Shown here one piece after another: positions 24,529-32,000 of a DNA stretch of 32,000 bases (the first letter of the stretch is position 1; each line of letters opens with the position of its first letter). The DNA comes from Sedimentisphaera cyanobacteriorum (GTDB lineage Bacteria > Planctomycetota > Phycisphaerae > Sedimentisphaerales > Sedimentisphaeraceae), in contig NZ_CP019633.1 of assembly GCF_001997385.1 (NCBI RefSeq), positions 1,680,001 to 1,712,000 of the forward strand, read 5' to 3'. The translations under genes were made by a program, and so were the position numbers. The notes under the pieces are model-generated. The model was given only the letters and a program-made list of their open reading frames with translations. It was not told where the DNA came from and ran no database searches.

Positions 24529-24869
24529 GATTTGTACTTATAGAACATAAATGCCCGTACACCAATGACCATTTCGATCTTATGCTCGAAAGGGAAAACC
24601 ATCTGGAAACGTACCGTGTTGAGGAGCTTTCAGATTTAACGCGAACAGCCAGAATGATCGTTAAAATCAAAGACCACGACAAAAAATTCCTCACATACGA
24701 AGGGCCGGTGAACAAGGGCAAGGGTTATGCACGAAGAGCAGACCAGGGGGAATACATCACGCTGGAAGGGGAAAAATTAAAATTCACAGGCAGGATATTG
24801 AGCGGGATTTTCCGAATAAGCTCTGCTGAAGGTGAAAACTACCTGCTTGAGCCGGTTTCAAAAGCCTAA
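24525..24869 (+). CDS. LigD_N-like (DNA ligase D 3'-phosphoesterase-like) mini protein
   Basis: ATGA overlap with fetB. FVLIEHKCPYTNDHFDLMLE and KDHDKKFLTYEGPVNKGKGYA resemble the FVVQKH..HYDFRLE and EDHPLDY..FEG..P.G.YGAG blocks of LigD phosphoesterase domains. It is only 114 aa. Family recall only. Confidence 0.5.
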   Translation: MRFVLIEHKCPYTNDHFDLMLERENHLETYRVEELSDLTRTARMIVKIKDHDKKFLTYEGPVNKGKGYARRADQGEYITLEGEKLKFTGRILSGIFRISSAEGENYLLEPVSKA

Positions 24870-25415
24870 ATTGCTTACGTCGTGATTGTTTATACTGTCT
24901 ATATCCACGTTCACAATCTTCCACTCACCGCCCTGCTTTTCCAGATTGGCCTTCCCTTCCACTATCACCACTCCCGCATAAGAGGAGTATTCGCTCTGCG
25001 GGTCGAATTTGCAGAAGGCAGTCGCCGAGAAGCTGCCTTTGGAATTGTCGTGTGATATCTCAACTCCGCGCAGGTTCAAATCCTTTAGAAAAGGGCTTTT
25101 GAAAAACCTCTCAAACACTGAAATCAGCCCCTGATATGTGCCGTTTCTTGAATCTCTGTAGTCTTTTGAAACCGTGGATTTCAGAAGCTCAACATCTCGG
25201 GTTACCACAGCCTCTTTCGTATTACTGATTACAGCCTTTATAGCCTCTCTGTCCGTCTCAACGGCAAAATCAACGATAAATGCCGAGGCAAGAACAGCAG
25301 CGGGAATCAAAAGCTGATACCAAGCCTTCTTCTCAGGCATAAACATCCTGAAAAGCGAAACCGCAACAAAAACAGCCGCTGAAACAATTATCAGTATCCA
25401 AGGCGATTCATACAT
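24858..25415 (-). CDS. hypothetical membrane-anchored protein, possible NTF2/SnoaL-like fold
   Basis: Two N-terminal TMs (WILIIVSAAVFVAVSLF, LLIPAAVLASAFIVDFAV) followed by a ~120-aa soluble domain of alpha+beta character. Its 3' end overlaps the convergent gene by 12 nt. The fold call is weak. Confidence 0.55.
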   Translation of the reverse strand: MYESPWILIIVSAAVFVAVSLFRMFMPEKKAWYQLLIPAAVLASAFIVDFAVETDREAIKAVISNTKEAVVTRDVELLKSTVSKDYRDSRNGTYQGLISVFERFFKSPFLKDLNLRGVEISHDNSKGSFSATAFCKFDPQSEYSSYAGVVIVEGKANLEKQGGEWKIVNVDIDSINNHDVSNLGF

Positions 25416-25432
25416 AATAAAAACTCCTTATT

Positions 25433-26035
25433 CTAATTCTCCTGAAGCTCGGGTGTAATACCGAATTCCTTGAGCATTTCGCTTGTTAGCTCCATCGGCA
25501 GACCTACAACATTCGTAAAGCTGCCTTCAATCTTCTCGATATATTCCTCGGTGTGCGGGTCCTGAACGCCGTAGCCGCCAGACCTGCCGCGCCATTTGCC
25601 TGTACTTATATGATGGCTGATCTGTTCCTGAGTAAGCTTGGCGGGGTAGATTCTTGTAATCGCTGTGCGAACGCTCTTCCTCCCGCCTGACCTGAGCACA
25701 ACAGCAACTGATGTTATAACGTTGTGCGGACTGCTGAAAAGCGTTCTGATAATTCTCTCAGCATCCCTGCCATCCTCGGGTTTTTCGAAGATCTCCCCTT
25801 CCAGCTCTACAATGCAGTCTGAACCGAGCACGGGGATATCCGGATAATCCTCTGCCACAGCCTCAGCCTTGGCCCCTGCAAGCTTTTCGGTGTAGCCCGC
25901 GGGGGTTAGGCCGGCGGATTTGAAGCCCTCTTCGTCCACGCCGGAAGGCACAATATCGAAAATGTATCCAGCCTCCTCAAGCAGTTCTCTGCGTCTCGGG
26001 GAGGCGGAGGCGAGTATGAATTTCTGCGAGTTCAT
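25433..26035 (-). CDS. maf: Maf-family nucleoside triphosphate pyrophosphatase
   Basis: FILASASPRRRELLEEAGYIFDIVPSGVDE N-terminus, with GSDCIV and GGYGVQD blocks. Confidence 0.9.
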   Translation of the reverse strand: MNSQKFILASASPRRRELLEEAGYIFDIVPSGVDEEGFKSAGLTPAGYTEKLAGAKAEAVAEDYPDIPVLGSDCIVELEGEIFEKPEDGRDAERIIRTLFSSPHNVITSVAVVLRSGGRKSVRTAITRIYPAKLTQEQISHHISTGKWRGRSGGYGVQDPHTEEYIEKIEGSFTNVVGLPMELTSEMLKEFGITPELQEN

Positions 26036-26039
26036 ATCG

Positions 26040-26948
26040 TTATCCCTGTGAACCGAATAATATTAACATCACGCCGGCAACAACGCCAATCAGCGCGTAT
26101 GCCTTTTTGCCTTTGTTCACTTCCTTAAATATAACCGCTCCTATGGTAAATACAAACAAAACGCTTGCTCTTCTGAGAGCCGCAAGGATAGTAAGCAGTG
26201 AGCCCTCAATGCTCAGCGAGGTGAAGTATGCAAAGTCTGCGAGGATAAGAAATACCCCGATCAGCACTATGCTGATGCTCCAGCGGAAAGGCGTGGTCTG
26301 TTTGCGCGAGGGATACCAGAGGAAAATGTTCATCAGCCCGAATATCAGCACCATATAAAAAGTAAACCAGAGCTGAACGGCTATCGGGGCATACCCCGCC
26401 CGAGAGATGAGAAACTTATCATACAGACCGCTGCATATGCCCAGCCCCATTGCTATGAGAGTGAAAATAATCCAGCGGTTTTTCTCGAAATGTATCCCTT
26501 CGAGCCTTCCCAAAACAGAGAAGCAGTAGAAAGATACTATGATGATAATCACACCGGAGAGCTGAATAAGATTTGGCGATTCACCGAATATCAGCACAGC
26601 CCCTATCAGCACCCAGAAAGGCGAGGTTGCCCTTATCGGGGCAACGATAGATATAGGCAGATGCTTGAGGGCATAGTATCCGAAAACCCAGCTTCCCGCC
26701 ACAATAAAAGATTTCGCGCCTATGATAAGATGGCTCTTTAGGCTCAGCGGGGCCACGTAAAAGATGGTGTCCTCAAGAATCCCGGGGGCAGCTCTTGAGA
26801 TAAACAGAAACGGAAGCACCGCAGCCAGCCCTGAGAGGGTAGATAGAAACAGCACCGGCAGAACAGCGTTGTTCTGCAGCGAATGCTTTTTGCTCAGGTC
26901 GTAGAGGCCGAGAAAAAGCGAGCTTAATATTCCAAGCGTTATCCACAT
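26040..26948 (-). CDS. EamA/DMT-superfamily transporter
   Basis: 302 aa with about 10 hydrophobic segments in two similar halves, typical of drug/metabolite transporter (EamA) proteins. 4-nt gap to maf. Confidence 0.8.
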   Translation of the reverse strand: MWITLGILSSLFLGLYDLSKKHSLQNNAVLPVLFLSTLSGLAAVLPFLFISRAAPGILEDTIFYVAPLSLKSHLIIGAKSFIVAGSWVFGYYALKHLPISIVAPIRATSPFWVLIGAVLIFGESPNLIQLSGVIIIIVSFYCFSVLGRLEGIHFEKNRWIIFTLIAMGLGICSGLYDKFLISRAGYAPIAVQLWFTFYMVLIFGLMNIFLWYPSRKQTTPFRWSISIVLIGVFLILADFAYFTSLSIEGSLLTILAALRRASVLFVFTIGAVIFKEVNKGKKAYALIGVVAGVMLILFGSQG

Positions 26949-26960
26949 AAAAATAAGGTT

Positions 26961-27006
26961 CCGAAAAACAACTAAAAAAGCCTGCTATGCTCAAGCACAA
27001 CAGGCT
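26961..27006 (-). terminator. rho-independent terminator after the second beta-barrel gene
   Basis: On the minus strand, AGCCTGTTGTGC-TTGA-GCATAGCAGGCT forms a 12-bp stem including two G.U pairs, which would be A.C mismatches on the + strand. It is followed by TTTTTTAGTTGTTTTT. Confidence 0.75.
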
Positions 27007-27033
27007 GCGTTAGTCTTATATTTTACTCTCTTT

Positions 27034-28383
27034 TTAGAATGAGTAAACCACTTCCGCCCTCAAAAAGAGAGATTCGTTCCGAAAGTCATCTGAGTAATAA
27101 TTGCCCGGAATGAAATATTCTGCGTTGAGTCTTGTGGAGAAATGCTTCGAAATTCTGTGCCTCAAAACGCTTGTTAAGAGCTGTCCTCTGAATACGTCGC
27201 TGTCGCCGCCGTAAGGTGCGCCTTGCCTGTCCTGAGCTGCCCATAGCAGATGGAAGGCGTTTGTCCATTTCGTTTTCTCGGTAGGATCGAATTTATGGGT
27301 AAGCCCAACTCTGTGAAGGTTGGTATGGTCTGCAAGCGAGCCTTCAAGGGCCTGAGTGTACACGTACATCTCAGAGTATCTCGGCCACTCACCCCAGAGC
27401 GGGTCGAAGCCTTCGTTGTCGTCTGTGGAAGGATTATCGCCTGAAAGATATTCGTATTCGAGCGTGAGCATATTGTTCATTTCGTCGTTGAACGAGTAGC
27501 AGAGGCTGTTCAGCGTTCCGAAGGCATTGAGGTCTTGCGGTTCTGAGCTGGAATCGATCGCCTTCTCGCCCGTCTGAACTGCTGCTTCGAGGCGGTAGCT
27601 CATATTTTCACTAATCCCGCCGTTGAGAGCTCCGCCGAAGGTGTAGATCTCGGATTCCCTGCTCCAGTCCGGATTGTATCTCGGAGCGATTTCCGCCACA
27701 TCATCTTCCTTGAGCATAAAGTATGCTTCCCAGCTGAAGGCCTCTTGCGATTTGTCTGTGTAGTACATTATTACGCCCTGTTCATCGTGCTGCGTTAGCC
27801 GGCGGTCTGCCTGCTCGCCGAAAGGCTCAAGCGTCTTTGATGCATCTGCGTAGTTCTGCGTGTACACAAGGTCCAGCGTTCTGCCTTCCTCCATATCCAC
27901 TGTGAACCTTGCTGCATCAAAAAAGATCGTCCTTGAACCGTCAAGAGGCGTGCCGTCTAAAACGAGCCACTTGCTCAGGATAATATCCTGACGACCTACT
28001 ACTGCCGTTACGGGCATATCAAGGAAATTGCCCAGCTTCACATTCAAGCGGTCTATAATCACCTCATCAAAATCAACGGAATTCTCCTTAGGATCGTCGT
28101 AGCAGTACATCTCCTGAACCAGCCTGAAATCAACGCCAATCTCATCGGTGAACTGATGTTTTGCCCCGAGGCGGGCACGGATCCTGTCGTAATTCTGATG
28201 ACCGTCTTTGGCGGAGTTGTTCAGAAACCACTCTTCCCCGTAAACCCTGCGGTATCGGAAATCGCCGTAGATCTCCATACCTTCTACAGGATTCTTGAGC
28301 GTTTCCAAGAGTGAATTTTCGGCTTTTGCCGGAAACTTCGGTAGAAATGCGCACAACACAAGCAGTAAAACTAACCTTTTCAT
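27034..28383 (-). CDS. outer-membrane beta-barrel protein, alginate-export/porin-like
   Basis: Signal peptide MKRLVLLLVLCAFLPKFPAKA. YGDFRYRRVYGEEW and VVGRQDIILSKWLVLDG blocks. Y/W/D/G-rich alternating strands. C-terminal LRAEVVYSF. Confidence 0.65.
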   Translation of the reverse strand: MKRLVLLLVLCAFLPKFPAKAENSLLETLKNPVEGMEIYGDFRYRRVYGEEWFLNNSAKDGHQNYDRIRARLGAKHQFTDEIGVDFRLVQEMYCYDDPKENSVDFDEVIIDRLNVKLGNFLDMPVTAVVGRQDIILSKWLVLDGTPLDGSRTIFFDAARFTVDMEEGRTLDLVYTQNYADASKTLEPFGEQADRRLTQHDEQGVIMYYTDKSQEAFSWEAYFMLKEDDVAEIAPRYNPDWSRESEIYTFGGALNGGISENMSYRLEAAVQTGEKAIDSSSEPQDLNAFGTLNSLCYSFNDEMNNMLTLEYEYLSGDNPSTDDNEGFDPLWGEWPRYSEMYVYTQALEGSLADHTNLHRVGLTHKFDPTEKTKWTNAFHLLWAAQDRQGAPYGGDSDVFRGQLLTSVLRHRISKHFSTRLNAEYFIPGNYYSDDFRNESLFLRAEVVYSF

Positions 28384-28437
28384 AACTTTCCTCTCAATTG
28401 CTATTAAATGACAGTTATTAGATGAATTTTAAAAACG

Positions 28438-28611
28438 CTAAAATTCTTTTTCTACATCCTTCTCTTTGTCTGCCCACTTAACATCTTCGATGTCAACCTT
28501 TTCGCTGCCCTTGTTCCAGTTCAAGAGCCCGTAAACCACACACAGAACGGCACTGGCTATACAGAGTATATACCCGGTGAATACAAACCCGCTTTCAATA
28601 CCCATATACAT
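28438..28611 (-). CDS. 57-aa single-TM small protein (below the ORF-track cutoff), reminiscent of 'symporter small accessory protein'
   Basis: Hand translation: MYMGIESGFVFTGYILCIASAVLCVVYGLLNWNKGSEKVDIEDVKWADKEKDVEKEF, with stop TAG at 28440-28438. It lies 54 nt upstream of the barrel gene on the same strand. The ...LCI.S..LCVVYG..NWNKG core resembles that small-protein family as I recall it. Confidence 0.5.
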   Translation of the reverse strand: MYMGIESGFVFTGYILCIASAVLCVVYGLLNWNKGSEKVDIEDVKWADKEKDVEKEF

Positions 28612-28949
28612 AACAAAAACCTTTCAATAAAGAGTAATGCGTAACTGCATAAAGAAACATTCTAATCGATTAAATTTCATTGTGAAGGAAAAATTTAGAC
28701 AAATTGCAAAAAAGAATAAAAAAAATCATAGCTGCCTCAAACCCTTCTCTCCAAAGTAAATCTTGCAAACATCGAGATAACAACAAGCTCAGGAAGCAAG
28801 AAAATTATGATAAAAACAGCGTATTAGGAAATCCTGCACAATTATCTTCTCGACAGCCAATCCAGCACACAAACTTAATTTTTAAGGCTGGTCCGGCTTC
28901 TTGGCGAAATCTTTTTATTTCCAGCCAGAAAAGCAATTAGAAGTCGGGA

Positions 28950-28978
28950 TTGACTTGTTTAGCAATTGCTGGTAATAT
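28950..28978 (+). promoter_or_regulatory. sigma70-like promoter TTGACT-17 nt-TAATAT placed for a leaderless rnd mRNA
   Basis: TTGACT at 28950-28955, a 17-nt spacer, TAATAT at 28973-28978. Only 7 nt separate the -10 from ATG 28986, and there is no SD. Confidence 0.45.
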
Positions 28979-28985
28979 TCAGTTT

Positions 28986-30128
28986 ATGAACACAATTTCT
29001 TATAAATACATAGACACGCAAATCCAGCTTGACAAACTTGAAAAGGGTATTGCCGAATCAAGCTTCGCAGCTTTAGATATAGAAGGAAATTCGATGCACT
29101 CTTACTATGAAAGGGTGTGTCTTATGCAGATAAGTATAGAAAACGGCAGCTTTATTGTTGACACGTTAAAGGATATTGATTTTTCCGGCTTTACTAAAAC
29201 ACTCGAACAAAAGCTTTTAATCCTTCACGGCGGCGACTACGACCTGCGTATGCTTGATAAAGATTTTGGATTCAAGCCGAAGTTTAAAATTTTTGATACT
29301 CAGCAGGCCGCCTCCCTAGCAGGAATCCAAAAGACAAGCCTTTCGGAGCTGCTCAAAGAGTTTCTCGGATTATCACATCCCAAAGACCAGCAGCTTTCGG
29401 ACTGGACAAAAAGACCGCTCACAGAAAAACAGCTTTCCTATGCAGCTGCAGATACGGCCTACCTCAAACCGCTTGCCGATAAGCTCACAGAGCTTCTTGA
29501 TAGTATGGGAAGAAGCGAATGGGTGAGCCAGTCTATGAAAGACAGGGCAAAAAATACGCCGAAATACAAAGTTAAAAGCTCCCGCGAAAAGTGGAGGGTA
29601 AAAGGGTACTCCGCTCTCGAACCGGCGGGGCTGAGATTTCTAAGGGAAATATGGGAATTGCGCGAAGATATTGCCGCTAAAATAGACCTGCCTCCGTTCA
29701 AGGTAATGAGAAGCTCATCGATGATTGAGCTGTCTAAAAAACTTGCCGAGAAGCCTTCTTACAGCCTTGCAAAAAGCAAATTCCTGCCGAAAACATGCAA
29801 AGGCGAGTTTTACGGTGTGCTGAAGAAGCGAATAGAACACGCAAGAAAGCTTCCCGAAAGCAGATGGCCGGAGAGGTTTGTAAAAAGAGGAAAACCGCCT
29901 TCACACGACAAGGCTCTCACAAAAAAACTAAGGTCTTTTGTTCTTCAGGCTGCGGAAGAAAGAGGCATAGACCCGTCCATTCTGGTAAACAAGGCAGGTA
30001 TTGAGGAAATTTCCCGAAGAAAACCTCAGACCGAAGCCGAGCTTAGAGAAGTGCTGCAGCTGAACGACTGGCAGTTTGATATTTTAGAAGCGAAATTTAT
30101 AAGCATTATCCAGAGCCACACAAGCTGA
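28986..30128 (+). CDS. rnd: ribonuclease D (DEDDy 3'-5' exonuclease + HRDC)
   Basis: Start placed at ATG 28986, which aligns with the RNase D N-terminus; the ORF-track start at 28950 is a TTG inside the promoter. Exo motifs ALDIEGNS, HGGDYDLRML and YAAADTAYL. The HRDC-like segment is LRFLREIWELREDIAAKIDLPPFKVM. Confidence 0.88.
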   Translation: MNTISYKYIDTQIQLDKLEKGIAESSFAALDIEGNSMHSYYERVCLMQISIENGSFIVDTLKDIDFSGFTKTLEQKLLILHGGDYDLRMLDKDFGFKPKFKIFDTQQAASLAGIQKTSLSELLKEFLGLSHPKDQQLSDWTKRPLTEKQLSYAAADTAYLKPLADKLTELLDSMGRSEWVSQSMKDRAKNTPKYKVKSSREKWRVKGYSALEPAGLRFLREIWELREDIAAKIDLPPFKVMRSSSMIELSKKLAEKPSYSLAKSKFLPKTCKGEFYGVLKKRIEHARKLPESRWPERFVKRGKPPSHDKALTKKLRSFVLQAAEERGIDPSILVNKAGIEEISRRKPQTEAELREVLQLNDWQFDILEAKFISIIQSHTS

Positions 30129-30130
30129 AG

Positions 30131-30595
30131 CTAACCCTTCGGCTCAAACTTTCTCTCGCCGAAGATGCGGCCGACTCCGAATTCCTCGAGTATATCGTCT
30201 TCTTCCTTGTGCATCTTATGGAAAGCCTCTTCGGTAGTATCGTCAAATCCAAGGTTATGCAGAAGGCCGTGAAGCAAGTACAGCATCAGCTCATCTTCTG
30301 CTGAGTGGGGCATGTCTTCAGCGGTTCTTGCGGCCATCTGATAATTTACGATAATCTCGAAATTAACCTCTCCGCCTTCCGGCTCTGTGAGGTCAAAGCT
30401 TATTACATCGGTGGTCTTATCGTCTGCCATAAAGAGCCTGTGCACCTCGCTGACAGCCTCGTCGCCCACGACCGCAATGCTTATAAATGCATCTTCAAGC
30501 TCGAGTCTCTCGCATGCAAACTCAGTCAGATTTCTCAATCGCCTCTCGCAGAGGCTGAGTTTTGTGAGTTGAATGTTTATTTCCGTTTCCACCAT
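30131..30595 (-). CDS. ybeY: rRNA maturation endoribonuclease YbeY
   Basis: Start placed at ATG 30595 (MVETEINIQ...), giving 154 aa. The metal motif LLHGLLHNLGFDD corresponds to HGxLHLxGYDH. It lies downstream of a pgpH-like gene, as in the common phoH-pgpH-ybeY arrangement. Confidence 0.85.
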   Translation of the reverse strand: MVETEINIQLTKLSLCERRLRNLTEFACERLELEDAFISIAVVGDEAVSEVHRLFMADDKTTDVISFDLTEPEGGEVNFEIIVNYQMAARTAEDMPHSAEDELMLYLLHGLLHNLGFDDTTEEAFHKMHKEEDDILEEFGVGRIFGERKFEPKG

Positions 30596-32000
30596 TACCG
30601 TTTTCAGCTTTCTGTTCGCCGTTATTTTCTTCCGGATACTTAACTCTGCCGTGATAATGCGCCGTAAGGCTCTTAACAAGCGCCTTCTCTATTTTGCTCA
30701 GCTCTTTAATCGTTATTTCGCAGTCGTTAAACTGCCCGTCCCTCAGGCGGGACATCAGAATATTATGAACCACAGCCGAGATCTTTGAAGGCGTGGGTTC
30801 GGAGAGGGCTCTTGTAGCTCCTTCTGTCCCGTCGCAGAGCATCAGGATAGCCGCCTCTCTGGTGCTGGGTTTTGGCCCTGGATACCTGAAATCATCTTCA
30901 GATACGTTCTGCTCGCCCCTCTGCTTTTTCGCCTCTTCGTAAAAATATTTAATAATTGTGGTGCCGTGATGGGTTTCTATAAACTGCCTTATCGTCGGGG
31001 GGAGGTTATACTCCTTTGCAATCTCAATCCCGTCTTTTACATGCCCTACAATCACAAGCTGGCTCATAGCAGGGGTGATTGTGTCGTGCTTGTTTGCCTG
31101 ACCCATTTGATTTTCAACAAAATACTTTGGCTTATTTGTTTTGCCGATATCGTGGTAATACGCCCCAACCCTGCAAAGAAGTCCGTTTGCGCCGATAGCT
31201 TCGGCAGCATTTTCGGCAAGCGAACCGAGCAGGAGGCTGTGGCTGTATGTTCCGGGGGCCTCCATGGCAAGCTTCTTGAGAAGTGGCTGGTTTGCATCGG
31301 AATAGTCCAGCAGAGTCATACTCGTAACGACGCCAAAAACCTTCTCTATTACAGGAAGAATCCCCTGAATTATCACGCCTACGAAAAACGTTGATAAAGC
31401 GGCCGTACCGGCCTTTTGAACCACTTGCAGCCCCTCAAGCCCGTTGATAACTCCCATGGAAACCGATACCGCCATTACGCATATCGCAGCAAACATACTT
31501 ACCTGTATGAGCTTCCAGCGGTTGCGTATTTCCTTCATTGTAAAACAGCAGGCAAATATGCCGGCAACCATCGTTAAAAACAGCTCCACAGCCTCCTGCC
31601 CGGGCAAAACAAAGGAGGCCATAAGTGCATAAAAAAGGGATATGGTGAGTGAATACCGCTGGGAGTAGGTGATTGTTAGAATCATAGCTGAGACTACACC
31701 TGTACCCGTTGTAAGGTAAACCCATTCCTCCGAACCTGAGCCTGTTTTTGCGATAACAAGAAGAAGCAGAAGGAGGCCTGTTAACGCAAGGAGCCTTGCC
31801 CGTTTGCGGACAATTCGAGGCCGGTATAGGTATGTATAAACGCCCATGCCGGCTGTGATAAGCATCATCAAAGCGAAATAAGCCAGAAATTCCCCCAATC
31901 CGACTGTTTTCACAACCGAACCTTCCAGACTGAACGAGAGAACCGCACTGCATAGAAGAGCAAATATAACAGCAGTGATAACAGCTGCCATATAGCCCTG
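30522..32000 (-). CDS. pgpH: 7TM-HD (PgpH/YqfF-like) membrane phosphohydrolase, 5' end outside window
   Basis: The frame remains open to position 32000. Seven hydrophobic segments are followed by an HD domain (SLLLGSLAENAA, YYHDIGKTNKPKYF, IETHHGT, LCDGTEGATR). Full-length homologues carry an extra N-terminal domain, so the gene is truncated by the window. Confidence 0.85.
   Translation of the reverse strand, partial: QGYMAAVITAVIFALLCSAVLSFSLEGSVVKTVGLGEFLAYFALMMLITAGMGVYTYLYRPRIVRKRARLLALTGLLLLLLVIAKTGSGSEEWVYLTTGTGVVSAMILTITYSQRYSLTISLFYALMASFVLPGQEAVELFLTMVAGIFACCFTMKEIRNRWKLIQVSMFAAICVMAVSVSMGVINGLEGLQVVQKAGTAALSTFFVGVIIQGILPVIEKVFGVVTSMTLLDYSDANQPLLKKLAMEAPGTYSHSLLLGSLAENAAEAIGANGLLCRVGAYYHDIGKTNKPKYFVENQMGQANKHDTITPAMSQLVIVGHVKDGIEIAKEYNLPPTIRQFIETHHGTTIIKYFYEEAKKQRGEQNVSEDDFRYPGPKPSTREAAILMLCDGTEGATRALSEPTPSKISAVVHNILMSRLRDGQFNDCEITIKELSKIEKALVKSLTAHYHGRVKYPEENNGEQKAENGNGGNGNKHSTHKTQPLREAIEKSD

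Noticed and set aside
28704-28940. 78-aa plus-strand ORF in the spacer upstream of rnd
   Set aside because: It has a non-ATG start, a Lys/Asn/Gln/Ser low-complexity sequence in AT-rich DNA, no SD and no motifs. It ends just before the rnd promoter. It is more likely non-coding.
1-32000. Defence island, prophage or mobile element as the hidden system
   Set aside because: I could recognise no integrase, transposase, recombinase, toxin-antitoxin, restriction-modification, cas or phage structural genes. There is no flanking tRNA and no long terminal repeats. The gene content is housekeeping and envelope functions.

Overview
This 32-kb window reads as ordinary chromosomal core: about 30 protein genes at roughly 90% coding density. 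I saw no rRNA, tRNA, CRISPR array, transposase, integrase or phage genes. Left to right: (1) a DUF302-like gene cut by the window edge. (2) A four-gene unit encoding an MMPL/RND pump, a secreted LolA-like protein, a 1-Cys peroxiredoxin and an outer-membrane beta-barrel. (3) A convergent DtxR/MntR-type metalloregulator. (4) A 610-bp ORF-free spacer containing a long structured hairpin and a dense pyrimidine/GGA short-repeat tract. (5) An OprB-type porin broken by a 1-nt homopolymer frameshift. (6) uvrA. (7) A rearranged division/cell-wall (dcw) cluster. mraZ-rsmH-LysM protein-FtsL-like runs on the minus strand, diverging from an 85-aa ORF-murE-murF-mraY on the plus strand. There is no ftsI, and no murD/ftsW/murG follows mraY. 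(8) A rhomboid-TPR protease followed by a translationally coupled chain: hydE, ribF, fetA-like, fetB-like and a LigD_N-like mini protein. (9) On the minus strand, a 57-aa membrane peptide plus a second beta-barrel, a strong terminator, then an EamA transporter, maf and an NTF2-like membrane protein. (10) rnd (RNase D, apparently leaderless) converging on ybeY and a 5'-truncated pgpH-like 7TM-HD gene. The FtsI-less split dcw cluster, the hydE gene and frequent TTG starts would fit an anaerobic PVC/Planctomycetota-like genome, but that is only an inference. The most interesting candidates for undescribed biology are the pump/carrier/peroxiredoxin/barrel module, the rewired dcw locus with its two unassigned proteins, and the structured, GGA-rich non-coding region at 7087-7460. 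All family assignments come from reading motifs by eye and from memory; no searches were run.
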